NCBI GenBank assembly: GCA_010909165.1
Contig: MU008235.1
Span: forward strand, 1 to 64,000
DNA: 64,000 nucleotides
From: Anthoceros angustus
Lineage: Eukaryota > Plantae > Anthocerotophyta
Direction: 5' to 3'
The stretch's first letter is position 1; the number at the start of each line of letters is the position of its first letter. Positions 11,733 through 24,192 of this stretch are shown piece after piece. The notes beneath the pieces were generated by a model. That model saw only the letters and a program-made list of their open reading frames with translations. It made no database searches and had not been told where the DNA came from. The position numbers were made by a program, and so were the translations under genes.

Positions 11733-13865
11733 AGATTCAACTTCGACTTCAATCTTTGAAATCTCATCGATCTTGTTCCCAATTAGCATATCATCCATAG
11801 AGGATCAAAATGAGCAAGCTTTGATCCTTAGCTTGCTTCGTATAGAGGCAATGATCCTCATCGCTTCGTTTGTAGCCTTGAGAAAGCATAAATGAGTGGA
11901 ACTTGTGATACCACTCTGGTGCTTTCAAACCATAAAGGCTCTTCCTCAACACGGATGCTCTTGCCCTTCTCAACAAAACCTTCGTTCTTTGCATGTAGAC
12001 GTCCTCTTGAAGGTCACCATGCAAGAATGCCGTCTTGACATCCATCGTACAAGTTCCATATCATTCCAGCAACCAAAGCAAGAACACATCGCAAAGTTGT
12101 CATTTTGACTCGGTGAGAAAATCTCATCAAAGTCAATGCACAGTTGTTGCTTGAAACCCTTAGCAACCAATCGTGCCTTGTACTTTGGTTTGCCATCAAG
12201 CGGTATGACCTTCATCTTGTACACCCATTTGCAGTAGTGCCTTCTTATCCTTAGGCAACGGAACCAACTCCCAAGTTTGGTTCTTATGCAGCGAATTCAT
12301 TTCTGACTGCATGGCCTTCTCCCACTTCTCTTTGTTGCTCATTGACATGGCCTCTTTGTAAGAAGAGGGTTCCCCACAATCATCGACATAACATAATCCA
12401 GAGATGGATCATACCTCGGGAGGTGTAATCTGCGACCCTCGAAGCCAGCACCTCTATAGGTGCTTGTTCGACTCTTGGTTCATCTACGGTGGAGGAATGT
12501 GCTCCAGCACATTACCACGGTACGCCCATGATGATCATGTCCATCTTCTTGGAAGATCACCCTTCGCACCTCCACAGGTTGGAGTAGGCTTCCGCATCTT
12601 GTTCTCATTGAAGAACACGTCGTTAGTACGAACAACCTTTCTAGCCTCTGGATCCCAGCGGTATCCCATCTCACGGAATCACGCCAAGAAAAATACATTT
12701 CTTGGACTTAGGTGCCAACTTGTCCCGAAACTCTTTTGGAACATGGCGGTATGCCTCACAAACCAAACACTCAGATGCTTGTAGGATGGTTTCTTTCCGG
12801 ACCATAGCTCCTCTGGAACACCTCATCAACACCTTATTAGGAGATCTGTTAATAAGATGAGCTAGATGAACCGCTTACGCCCAAAACCCATTAGGCAATC
12901 CGAGTTTGACAACAAACTACATCCTCTCGAATGGTTTACATTCATCCGCTCGCCACACCATTTTGTGGAGGAGTATCTGTATGATCAATTCTCTTTTGAT
13001 TCCCTTGGAATCAGAATGGGAAAGCTTTGAAACATACTCCACCATTATCATCCTTAGACACTTCAATCGGTGGCGGTGATTCTCTACAAGGGTGACAAAT
13101 TTCGAAACACCGTCGAACTTCATCCTTTTTCCTCAAAGGATAAACCCACACCTTGCGTGAGAAATCATCTATAAAGTGACAAAATAGGAGGCACCGCCTA
13201 ATGATGCGATGAGCATAGGTCCACATACATCACGTGAACCAACTCAAGAGGTTTACTCCTACTTTTACCTCGTGTTCGATGTGATGATTTTGTCATTTCC
13301 CATATAAGCAGTGCTCACACATCGAGAGATCGAGAAGTTAACGAGGATATAACGAGAGATAAAACCTTCATTCCCTTCGAGACATATGTCCTAAGCAATG
13401 CCACAAGGAAACATTTGGCTGCTCATCATGATCACATGATCTTTGGCGTGTTTACACAGTGAGTACAAAGTGCCACACTTGATCCACGAGCTAACACAAG
13501 AGAACCTTTGGAGATCTTCCAAGAGTGATCCCCAAACCAGGGATGGTAACCATCATCCAAGTCTGCGCTAATCATGCTCTTTGTCAACTTGAACATGCCT
13601 AACGTCCTTGACATGAATGAAGATCCGTTGTCAAACTTGAGTTGCACATCACCTCGCTGCGATCGCATGCATAGTTATTTCAAGCCTAACGCATCCTTTC
13701 CTTGTAGCATCATACGTGCTAAACCACTCTCTATGAGGAGTAACATGGAAAGATGCACGTCAATTATCCAATTGCGAATAAATGACTATCCACGGTACAT
13801 TAATTATGCGATTCAAGTAAGAAGAGATAAGGACATCTCCGTCCTCAACGAGTTTAACTCTTCCA
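11733..13865 (-). mobile_element. Ty1/copia pol fragment (protease, GAG-pre-integrase, integrase, RT)
   Basis: MDVKTAFLHGDLQEDVYM, LRKSLYGLK, YKARLVAKGFKQ, FIDDFSRKVWVYPLRKKDEV and protease-region GDVQLKFDNGSSF. RT is cut at 11733 by LTR A. Confidence 0.92.
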
Positions 13866-14769
13866 GATCCGGTGACCGATCCGCAAGAGTGGTGGAAAGC
13901 AAGGGAGGGAGCCTGTGGTCTCCTTGGGGAGTTCCCAAGGATAAGAGGAAGGGGTTGTGAAGCCGGGAGGTCGTCTTACTCATTCTCTCAGCTTGTCTAG
14001 TACTCACCTTGTGTTTGAGTTTTCAGTGTCGGAGGTCAAAGGAGACAAGGCGGGAGCCCGTGGTGGGTGGAAGAGAAGGTCAAGTGAGACGAACTGGGTT
14101 TGTATGCTTGGAAAATGTGGGAGTGAACGTGAGAGGAGGGAAATGGACATGGAGAGTTGCGATTGGGGAGAGAAGTAAGAGGGATTGAGAAGTGGTGATG
14201 TTTGTGAGAAAGTGGAGATTGAATGAGTGAGGTGTGAGAACAAGGAGAAGTTGGAGGAAACTTGGGGAGTGAGAGAGGCAAGAGGTACCTGTGAGAGAGC
14301 CTGGGAGGACTGAGGAAGCTTGGGAGGAAAGCTGAAAGGTTGGAGGGAAGAAAGAGAGATGGGAAGTGCAGTAAGGAGGTGGGTGTGATCGGAACCCCCG
14401 ATTGGTGGATCGACTTTGTGGAAGGAGAGAGAGAGGGTGTCCAATATCCACTTGGATCCCCCACCCTTCTATTAATAGCCGCCCGAACCCGAGATGGGCC
14501 CCGCTCGAAATAGAGGGTGGTTGCTAAGATAGCAACTGGTCGTCTGCTGCTAAGGTAGCAACAGGTCGCGTGGCTAAGATAGCTGTGTCCGAGTGTTGTT
14601 AGTAGTAGCTGGTCTCAGAATCGCTAGATGTTTTGTGTCCGTGGTTGGATTGGCTATGTTTTGGTTGTCTTGACACGAAATCACCCCTTGGGTACGAATC
14701 TCAAGTCTACAACGATAAAGAGGGTAAATGTGGCCTCTTTGTGACCACTTGGTTTAGAAATCACCCACA
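13866..14769 (+). repeat. LTR family A, copy 2 (solo or 3' LTR)
   Basis: Shares the ~130-bp 3' block (ttgtcttgacacgaaatc...aatcacccaca) with copy 1 and copy 3. Left boundary approximate. Confidence 0.75.
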
Positions 14770-17700
14770 ACTGGACTTGACCACTGTGTCGAATGCTTCA
14801 GACACGGATTTCACTAACCGTGCTTTCTTTCTAACGTCCCCGCCCATCTTGCCAAAATTCGAGTTCATTCACAACCTTCGTCTCACTCATATCAGCTGCT
14901 TTGCTTCGCCTACCGAACAACACGGAGTCCCTCCCTCGCTTCATGTGGTTTTGCATGGCCTCCTTCACCATTTCACCCCATGCTTGTTTATCAAGGCTTT
15001 AACCAAGCATCGTTGTCCACCGCACTCACCGCGCCGCGATCCAGACCTACTGGCCATCACCGCGGTTAGAACACCACCCCTTGCGTAAATTGATTGCGCC
15101 ATTCGAGATCAAGTGCTCAGGCGGCCGGGCGCCGTCTCCGCCTGGCTTGTCCGGCCTTCCACGATTCCCACTTTCCCTTCTTGCACCGCCGCCACGCCCT
15201 CGAAAGGTTGCCTCCCTTGTCCCCATGCTTAAACACCGCCAGATGCTGTGTGCTCTGTGTTACCCGTTTGTCCACCATGCCCACTAACCCGGCCGCAAAC
15301 TTGAGCGTGTGCACACTTTGCGTCACTTGCCGGCAAAGTGTGCACTTGGTGTGCACACTTTGCCGATCACTTAAATCGACTCGCGACAACCAACCTCATC
15401 CGACGAAATAGCTCCTCCTCTATGTCGCTCAATTCTTGCAGCAATGCTCCAACTCCGCATCCGTCGGGCCGGAGGTTCCATCTCGACGTCGTCAAAATCA
15501 ACTCCTGCTCGAGCCATCTCGCCCGCCTCTTACCTTCTGCGACCGTCGGCGAGGAGGCCGCTTCAGGTCGCCGAGAATGAAGACCGCACTGCGGATGAGC
15601 GGCACCCGAGGCCCCATCCTCCCCACCCGATACGGTCCATCGTCGCCGACGCTGCCGGCGACGCCGCCCGACCGCGTGGTGTTCGGCGACGCGACCGCCT
15701 CGGCAAGCCTCACCGCCATACTCCACCTCAGAACGTCCACCGCCTGCTCCATGTGAAGGCAATGGCTTCCTCTCGAGGCGCCATGAGTCCTACCGTCGCA
15801 TTCAAGACGCCCATTTTGAAAAAGCTTGTTTGCAAAGGCCGGCAGGTGGTCATTTATCGCTATCGGCCGGGACCACACGCTGTGCACTTGCTACTTGCCC
15901 ATAATCACAACATTTTCGACCACAACCTCGGCTGCTGTGGAGCAATTTTCATGTCCCATTGCATGCGTTACTCGTGATGTATGATATTGCCCAAATGGCG
16001 CAGCCTCTCAATGCCCCATTACTCCATTTTAACGAATCATCGACTTCCTCGACCATTCCCACACGTCACTTGGGTATTGGCACATTCCGCCATTGGATCT
16101 GCTTGTTTGTTTGGAAATACTTTAATGCCCACTTGGCATGCCGGTTTTGCCCCATCCGTCAGCTACTCAAACGACATGCCACAATCTATGTGCCACGCAT
16201 GGGTTCCTCCTCTCCATCCCTCGCCGGAGTAGGCACGGCCAAGGCCCACCCTGCTTCCATCCATCGCCTCCGGATGCATCATGCATCGAGTTACTGCGAT
16301 GGCCACACAAATGGACCATCGATGGAGTGCCTGCATACACGGAAACCTTCTCGGATTCACAAGGTCAAACCGGTACGACTTCCGCAGCGATGGCCTTGTC
16401 CCTCTGGCCGACACTCGTACCATCCAACCTTCAACAATGGATTATACTCCTCGAGAATCGCATCCGCAGATTTGCTCTATGTGTAGAGACGCGCTCCTCT
16501 TCAGCTGTCCCACCCATGATAAACTTTGCACCGTGCACTATCTTTTGTGCTCGCCGCTTGTCCGCCTCCGCCGCTCGAGGTGGCCTTTGTTCCACATGTG
16601 ACTATGTGCCGCTTGCAACGCAGGCCATCCATTATAGCCCTCACTGGGTCATAGTGGATGCCCCTCCCAAGCGCTCACCGCCCTTCTTGTGCACCCACCT
16701 CTTGAAACTGCTTCCTCATGTGCACCGTACATCCTCACCTCTTCGTCAGACATGTCCAAAACGCTGCATCACCTTCGTGTGATGACATAAGTATGGGCTG
16801 GCGCACCTCAACGCATCCATTGTGTACTGACGGCCGACACCCAACTTTTCTCCCACACGGTCCTCGGGACTCCATGATCCACCGACGTGACCATAGTAAC
16901 GGAGGAATGACATGCAAATGCATACTCTCCTCTCTCATATACCCCACGGCTATCTGGACTGGTTTGTAGGCGCCTGCCCGCTTCTGGATCCTAAGTATCT
17001 CTCCACCGGGTACATCCACCTTGTGTGCACTGGCCCAATGCAGCCACCTCGTCCACTAAATGTATTATGAGGTGGGTTGATATATCAAAGACCTTTGGAG
17101 GAATTGCTTTTCCAGAGCACATCACCCGCAGCCTCTTCTCGTTGTGCTTGAATTTCATGGCATGTTGTCAGGCAAATCCATCCATAATCGACCCAATTTC
17201 TTGTACACCTCAGGGTCTATGCACCCCAAGGACGATGGGAAGATGATTTCCAGCATGATGATGCGATCATGGCACTTCGCCCACTTTGCCCTCTAATTTC
17301 TCCTATGTTAGACCCATAGCCTGTGGCAGCTTTATGCGTTTAATTCTCTATGACTTGAGAGGTCGTTTTCGCCAAAACGTAAGACGCAATGGCGCCCCTC
17401 TCCTACCGCCACAACCACCTTTTCCCTCCATTGGCTTCCATGTCCATCCTTGATGCTAGGTCGCCCTCGCTCGCCCTCCAAAGTGTGCCATATGGCCTCT
17501 GCATTGTTCTTTTCCACGTGCATGACATCCTTTGGCGCCATCACAAGTGAGTGGGGGAGCACCCTAAACAGAGAAGACATCCGCGCGTTCCAAAATTTCC
17601 TCGCTGCCGGATCTCGGCGGTGGCGCACCTTCTCTGCGTACTATCTCGCCACCACATCATCAAACGCGTTGGTGGCGGGTGGGGACGGAGTTCAGTCCAT

Positions 17701-19650
17701 CGTACTCACCCATGTCTTCCCACCGTCCGCTATCCCCGGGCAACCACCTCTGTGCCAACATAAACCTGCTTTTTAATTGATGAGAATAGCGGAATCCGTC
17801 CGCCAAGAATCCACACACGCCCGGGTCCCTTTCACTTGCAATCCTGTGGTGCCCAACCACAGGTAGTCGGCAATGACGTTCGACCGCCGCCGCACCCTAA
17901 AATGCCTCCTAGGATCGTTCACGGTATTGAAAAGTCTTCCATGTCCACCCCTCTCACAACTCTTCCGTTCTTCTACCAGGGCCATATAAACATCAAAATT
18001 TTTACCATGCCGGTCTGGTACAATGAGAGGCATGATGACATGGGCGTCCTTTGTGCAAGCCTGTGGAGGCATGTTGTGAACGAATAGCATAACGGCCATA
18101 TGGACGTGGATGCACTGTGACCAAAGGGTTGAAGCCGTCGTGCATAATGCCAACCTCAAGTTGCGAGGTTCATCCCGAACCCTTCAAGCGCATCAAATAC
18201 TCCATGTTGGGGTGTCTCGCCATCATGGACATGTCCCCATTCTCGCTTTGCCTCCCGACGTACCAAGTCATCATCATGCTATTTCCATTCAACATGCGTT
18301 TCAATCGCCTTTAGAAAATGCGAGGACCTTGCGGGGAAAGATCTCGCTCATCAAACCCTTCCTTGTACCGCGGCCACGAGGGCAATGGACGCTGCCCGCG
18401 TACTCACCGAATAGAATACAATCTTTTCACAAGCATGGATTTTCACGTATCTTGGCCCAAACATGTGACTTTGCCTCGTACATGTCCTTCGGCTTTGTTC
18501 GAACCGCAAAATATCCACACTTAAGAGCTTTAAAAGTGTCACAGGCGCCATCGATGTCATACATCGTTTGCCAAGACGCAACAATGGCGCTTAGCTTTCT
18601 TTCGATTGGACTTCCTCTTCAATGTGGTATAACGCCGCCCGCAGCTGCAAGCACGCCTGACTCCATCCCCGCCGCCCATCGCAACATCCGTGGCTTCCAA
18701 AGAACTCGCCCACGCGTGCACTTCGCATATCATCACCTCCCGAACCCTCATCCATACTTTCGTCCGGAACTACTAGTGTGGTCGGTAGGATGGCCACCGC
18801 CGTTCTCGCCGACCCATCCGAGCCCGTATCCGAATCCTGCGGAGACGCCACAAGACGGCCGCTCTTCTATGCCGTGTCTCGCCGACCGCAAAAGCCACCT
18901 TAAAGCTAGAATTGGAGTGCATTTGCTGGCCATTGATGCGAGAGAACTCACGGCCACCGCTGGTGCGGAGTCGGGCGCAGACGGAATTCTTGAAATGTGT
19001 GCGGAATACGAGCTGCGAGCTCGCGATGCTGGGCGTGGACAATACATGTACACCGCATCGTGATTTCGTGGCATCCTCCCTGTGGTCGTGATCCGGTAGG
19101 CACAACCACAAAGACAAAGGGTGGTACATCCGTTATCCGAACGCCCGCCCCACGGTGCAATCATGACTTCATGACCCATAAACATGCAGACACGTAGGAC
19201 TGGAACGTGCGAAACCATGGACGGAAGCACAAACGCGCCACCGCCTTATGGAGATCCCGCGTCCGTGATGACCCATCGGCGTAAGTCGACCGACGATCGG
19301 GCAAAGCGACGCCGAGGCGATGCACGACGATGACAGATCTCGGACAAGAACCTCGCGCCTCGGACATGAGCAACAGAATTTGCGCCGAGGAGCCACCACC
19401 GTCTTCCAATCCCAACTCGGGCGATGAGAGCACGGTTGGCGAACGCCACGGATGCACGCAATGTTCGCGATATACGCGGCATGCGGGCGTGGAAGCTCCG
19501 GGCGTTATGTCAAGCGTGGTAGCCGACTCTTCCGACGGGCGGAGATTGGGCGTAGTGGGGTGACACCGCAATGGAAAGGGAGGATGCTACCGGCTTTTGG
19601 TGGTCAACGGGTCGGAGATGGTTGACACGCGATCGTCATTGCATTTGGGG
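14770..19650 (-). mobile_element. Degenerate CACTA (En/Spm) transposon
   Basis: Tnp2-family motifs GKNFDVYM, ADY..GLQVKG.RAC and DVMHVEKNNAEAIWHTL (~17500); DUF4218-like HLVDEV..GPVH.RWMYPVERYL (~17000); DUF4216-like DGPFVWPSQ (~16310). Termini not found. Confidence 0.85.
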
Positions 19651-19977
19651 ATGCGTGTTTTGATTTAAAGTTGATTACACACAATCCAAGAAGTTCGACA
19701 ACGGCCTTCGTCCTAAGCTAAGCAAATGCAGAGGAGGCGCCTTGGTGTAAACAACCTCCTTCATGTCCACTTCCCACGGAATAGTGTTGAGCTCATTGTC
19801 TCAAAGTCTCAGACAGCTATGTTGCCATTCTCGTGAAAGGGCATCAACCTGCCCGCAGAGCGCTCCATGCTCGCCTCGTCCAACGCATCCCAATTCCATT
19901 CTGTGAAGCCACAAGGTGGCGCGGGTGAAGCCCCACATCGGCTTGTTCTATCCAGCAGCGACTCACCAGAACCTCCT

Positions 19978-21708
19978 CCAATTGCGAATAAATGACTATC
20001 CACGGTTAAGTCAGCAAGATTCAAGTAAGAAGAGATAAGGACATCTCCGCCCTCAATGTAGTTTAACTCTTCCAACTCGATGCAAAGTCGCCTTGTCGCC
20101 CCGCTTCTCTTTTCCTTGGTCCTTTTGAACTTCTCGCACTCTCTTTTGAAGTGACCCCTTTGTGACAATAGTGACACTCCACATTCTTATTACGACTACG
20201 AGATTTGCTACGAGAGAAGCTTCGTCCTGCTTCCCTTCGCAGGGACCTCCCTCTCACTATGAGGGCACCGGAACCTTTGGAAGGTTCCATGTTTTTCCTG
20301 CTCACCTCGCCAATGTGCTACCTTCTACATTTACAATGGTAAGACCACTAGCGGGCGTAATTACTCGTAGTCGCATTTAAAGGTGTCCCAACTCTCCGTA
20401 ATGTGACCAAAACATAGCTCTCACTAACTGGGAACGTGATACCTTGAGATGAGTCGGCTGAAAATGGTATTGAAATCATTCGATGATCGGACATCCTCGT
20501 CCCTTCCTTCATCTTCAAGTCCACCAAATTTCAACCAATACACCGAGAAGCCGCACTTTGCTTCTCATACAGTGTCACACAACTTCCACATCAGAACTCG
20601 TGGTCTTATCTTTCACATTGAAGTACACTGCTTTTGACAATGTTAGCATGATAGTAGATCTAGCAAGCTCATCCAGTCCGCCACTCATCCCGAGTCATAC
20701 TATCCGTTTGACGCCTAACAACTTTATGGGCTTGATCCGCTTTTTCGCACTAGAACATTATACACTTGTTCTTTCCAACGGAAGTTAGTACCATCTAACT
20801 TCTCGATATTGAACATGACGCTTCGATGATGAAGACATCATGACTCAAAAATCGATACATAAAACACTCGACTCGCCTTGTCGGAAAAGTCAAAGAAGAA
20901 AAGCCACCGCGGCGGTCCGGTATTTTGCCGACTATTCCACTCGAGTATTCACCGAATATTTCGACGACTTCCGCCACACCCGGCTCGACCGCAACTCAGG
21001 CCGCTGGCCACGGCCCCGCCGCGCTCACCCGGCCATACCACGCTCAAGACGGCCACCACGTGCCCGCCACACCGGCTGCCCCGCACGCCGCTGGGCTACG
21101 CCGGCGGCCCGCCGGCGGGGCGGGCGTGCGCCGCTGCCCGCGCCGGCCGCTGGCGGGCTGCCCGCGCGCGCAGCCGCCGCTCGGCCGGGCGCGCTGCCCG
21201 CGCTGCCCGCACGCCGCCGCCGCGCCCCGCCCGCCCGCGCCCGGCCGCACGCCGCTGCTCGCACGGCTCGCCTGCCCCGCACGCTCCACGCCGCGGCCTC
21301 GCTGCCGCTGCACACGCCGCTCGCGCCGAGGTCGCCTGCTCGCCACGCCTCGCCCCGCCATGCTCGCCGCGCGCCGCGCAGCCTCGCCGCGATCCGGATC
21401 ACCGCACCCACGAGTCGCAGCTAGAAAATTCTAGCATCACAACACAACCAAACCATGGCTCGATACCGCTTGAAGGATCGTGGGCACATGATGGTGGAAA
21501 GAGGAGAGGAGAGGAGGAGGCAAGTGTAGCTCTCTCATTGAGATGAGGCTTGGAGGTATTTATACCTCCAATAGGGCTCCTAGGAAGCTCCACAAGAAGC
21601 TCCTAGGAAGGAGCACAAGAAGCTTCCTAGTGATTAGCAGCTAAACTAATGATACTTAATCGACACTCAACTTAGACTAAGTGTATTAGTTCAAGTACAT
21701 GTTTAACA
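19978..21708 (-). mobile_element. Ty1/copia 5' part: LTR (~21471-21708), degenerate tRNA-Met PBS (~21458-21468), GC-rich leader, gag
   Basis: ALIVRGRS..RSKSRSRNKNVECHYCHK.GHFKREC zinc knuckle. gctcgatacc is the reverse complement of a tggtatc(a)gagc PBS. The LTR begins tgttaaac on the minus strand. Confidence 0.82.
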
Positions 21709-21749
21709 ATACCCTTACACTATGTGCACTTTTGGTATGGGACATGCGA

Positions 21750-23175
21750 AACCAGCTAAGTCCCTTCAAAACTATGGTTCAAGAGGAAAAATAGCGAGTT
21801 ACAGTCTGCTGTAATTGTCCCTAGAAGATGCTCATGTGATACTAACGATGCGTGTCCAGGGGGTTAGTTGGGGGAGACAACCTGAGAGGGGATGGATACA
21901 AGTGTATTCAATCCTTCACAGGCTAGCTCCCTCATCCAACTTCCTGGATGCGTGAAAAGGGTGTAAGTGTGAGAAGGGACACAACTTTTCAAAAGTATCG
22001 TTTGAGTTCTTTACTTAGGGTTTCTAACCGACATTTCTCGTGCTTATGAAATGGCCATGTCCGCCTTGACCTGACCAATCTCATGCAAAGACAGACGAAG
22101 CGTATGGTCATAACAAGAATAATACAATTGTGATGCCTTCGTATCAACGCTAAAAGCCATCACCGGCCCCTGTGACGCACAAGGCCTCCGCATCTCCAAG
22201 CCTTCGCCACCGCAAGGTGATCAGCAGGATGGAAGTTCTCTCGGTCACCGGCAAGAACTCGTGGAGAATCCTTGACCAAGATCCATCGCATGCATCATTC
22301 CGTTAACCGGGAGATGTTTCTTTCTATCAATTTCCGAAATTTCAGTGTCGATGCGGCATTTGCAAAAGTAGCAACACCGGCTCTCAAGATGTGTCCGAGA
22401 CAATGAGTTTTCGTTGAAGTCCTAACAGAAATCCCTCAATCGAAATTTGCTTTTCTACGCCAATTTCTACTCGCTTTTGTATGAAGTAGATTTTTCTCGC
22501 AAGGCAGTAATTGCCGTTTCGTGCAGACAAGTTTCTCCCTTACCCACCTAAGCTGCCCTTCTCGAATTTGGGTGACTGCGTACTTCAAAAGCGGCCTCGC
22601 AACTCCCAATCGTTAATAGGACCAAATTCGTGGGTGTTCGTGAGAAGAGGCTGAAAGTGTTGACTCCTTCTCAAGACAATTGACCGGTTGAGGTTGTGAG
22701 CGTAGGATCAGCCGGTTCCTAGCAATGCAATACACCGCCAGTCTTGAGAGAGAATCTACTCCCGAGGTTCTCAAATCGTCAGAGTTTAATTGCACGCCGC
22801 CTCGAACTTGGTCAGGCTCGAGTTTCTAGTGCAACCCACCAGTAGTCAGACATCGGGTAGTTGGCCTCAGCATGCATCCAAAACGCTAGCAAATGTGGGA
22901 CTCGACTTGAGTTTTGTAGCCCCTCCTGCTGATCGCCGATCTCACGGATCTACCCCGGCGAGGCATTATGTCTTGAGAAAAGTAGAGAGCATTTGGAGCT
23001 CTGATACCATAAATTTATGTGAGAGCAGCTATTGGTTTCGACAGCTTGATTTCAAATAATGAACAATGGTTACAAAATTGTATGTGTGTATTTTTTATAT
23101 ACTAAACCCTAAAAACGGTTCACGTATGTTTAACCTAAAAAACCTTTATACTTAATGTTGGCTTTATTTCCAACA
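21750..23175 (-). mobile_element. Second Ty1/copia-like remnant: short LTR (23010-23175) and PBS (22998-23009)
   Basis: Perfect gctctgatacca (tRNA-iMet PBS on the minus strand). The LTR starts tgttggaaataa on the minus strand. Only weak gag-like remnants downstream; left boundary approximate. Confidence 0.65.
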
Positions 23176-23845
23176 CATATATATGGCAAATTCACATACG
23201 GACGGTCCTTCATTCATGGCATAATGAATGGGGGCATTTAGTTTGCTTGAATGGCTCTCACGTACACCCAATCATTCCTTGCACAATGGTGTAGAAGATG
23301 AAGCAGATACCAAACAGAACTACGCCGTCTCACAATTCACACGACCGGACATGGCATGTTTTCTACCATGCCAGGTTTTCAAATATTCTAATGGCTTGCA
23401 AACACCTTTCTTGGACCATGGTGGAGGGAACAAGTTTATGCGAGAGAAAGGGAGCCATTGTCCTTGGTTCATGGCAGGTTGTTAGATGGCCATGACCTTG
23501 TCATGCCCTACAAAATCGGGGACTATACATGGCATGCATGGAGTAATGGCATACATGGACACGGAAGGGTTTCTGCACATACAAGAAGTAGCCAAGTGAA
23601 GGCGCTGGCAAGGTATAGGTCCTGTGCATGGCACGCCACGGTCTCCTCCTCTCTCCTCTTCCTCCTCCTCCTCACATCCGCTACTCACCCCGCTCCACCA
23701 CCATTCCCACCCCATGGCCACCGCCATACCGTCACCACGGTTACCTCGGAATGTGGTCGCCGCACATCGCTGGCTGGGTCGGTGGCGCGGTGGCGGGCAA
23801 GCAGAACGGCAAAGCATAAATTTAAAGCCGAAATGGCATTGCGAA

Positions 23846-24192
23846 CACTTGTCCTTGGGTCACGAAATGGGGATGATTAATGGCAAAATTTTGTTCTTAG
23901 ATGAAGGAATGCTCGTCTACACAGGGAATCATTTGTCCTTGTGTCACGAAATGGTAATCTACAAAGGGTAAAATTTGTCCTTGGCTTACGAAATGGTCAT
24001 CCAGAATGGCCAAAAATTGACCTTCGGCCAAGACATGGTCATGAAGAATGAGAAACATTTGTCCTTGGGTTTAAATGACCATACATAATGGGCTAAATTT
24101 GTCCTTGGACCACGAAATGCGCATGAACAATGGCAAATAATTTTCCTTGATGAGGATATGGTAATCCATAATGGGCTAAATTTGTCCTTGGC
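23846..24192. repeat. Diverged tandem repeats with aaatttgtccttgg..cacgaaatgg cores
   Basis: Several copies of (aaa)tttgtccttgg at ~40-90 bp spacing, resembling DNA-transposon subterminal repeats. Confidence 0.65.

Noticed and set aside
18110-19063. 317-aa plus-strand ORF
   Set aside because: Antisense to the CACTA transposase region, with no recognisable domain.
20840-21546. Several long Arg/Ala/Pro-rich ORFs
   Set aside because: Open in most frames only because the GC tract lacks stop codons.
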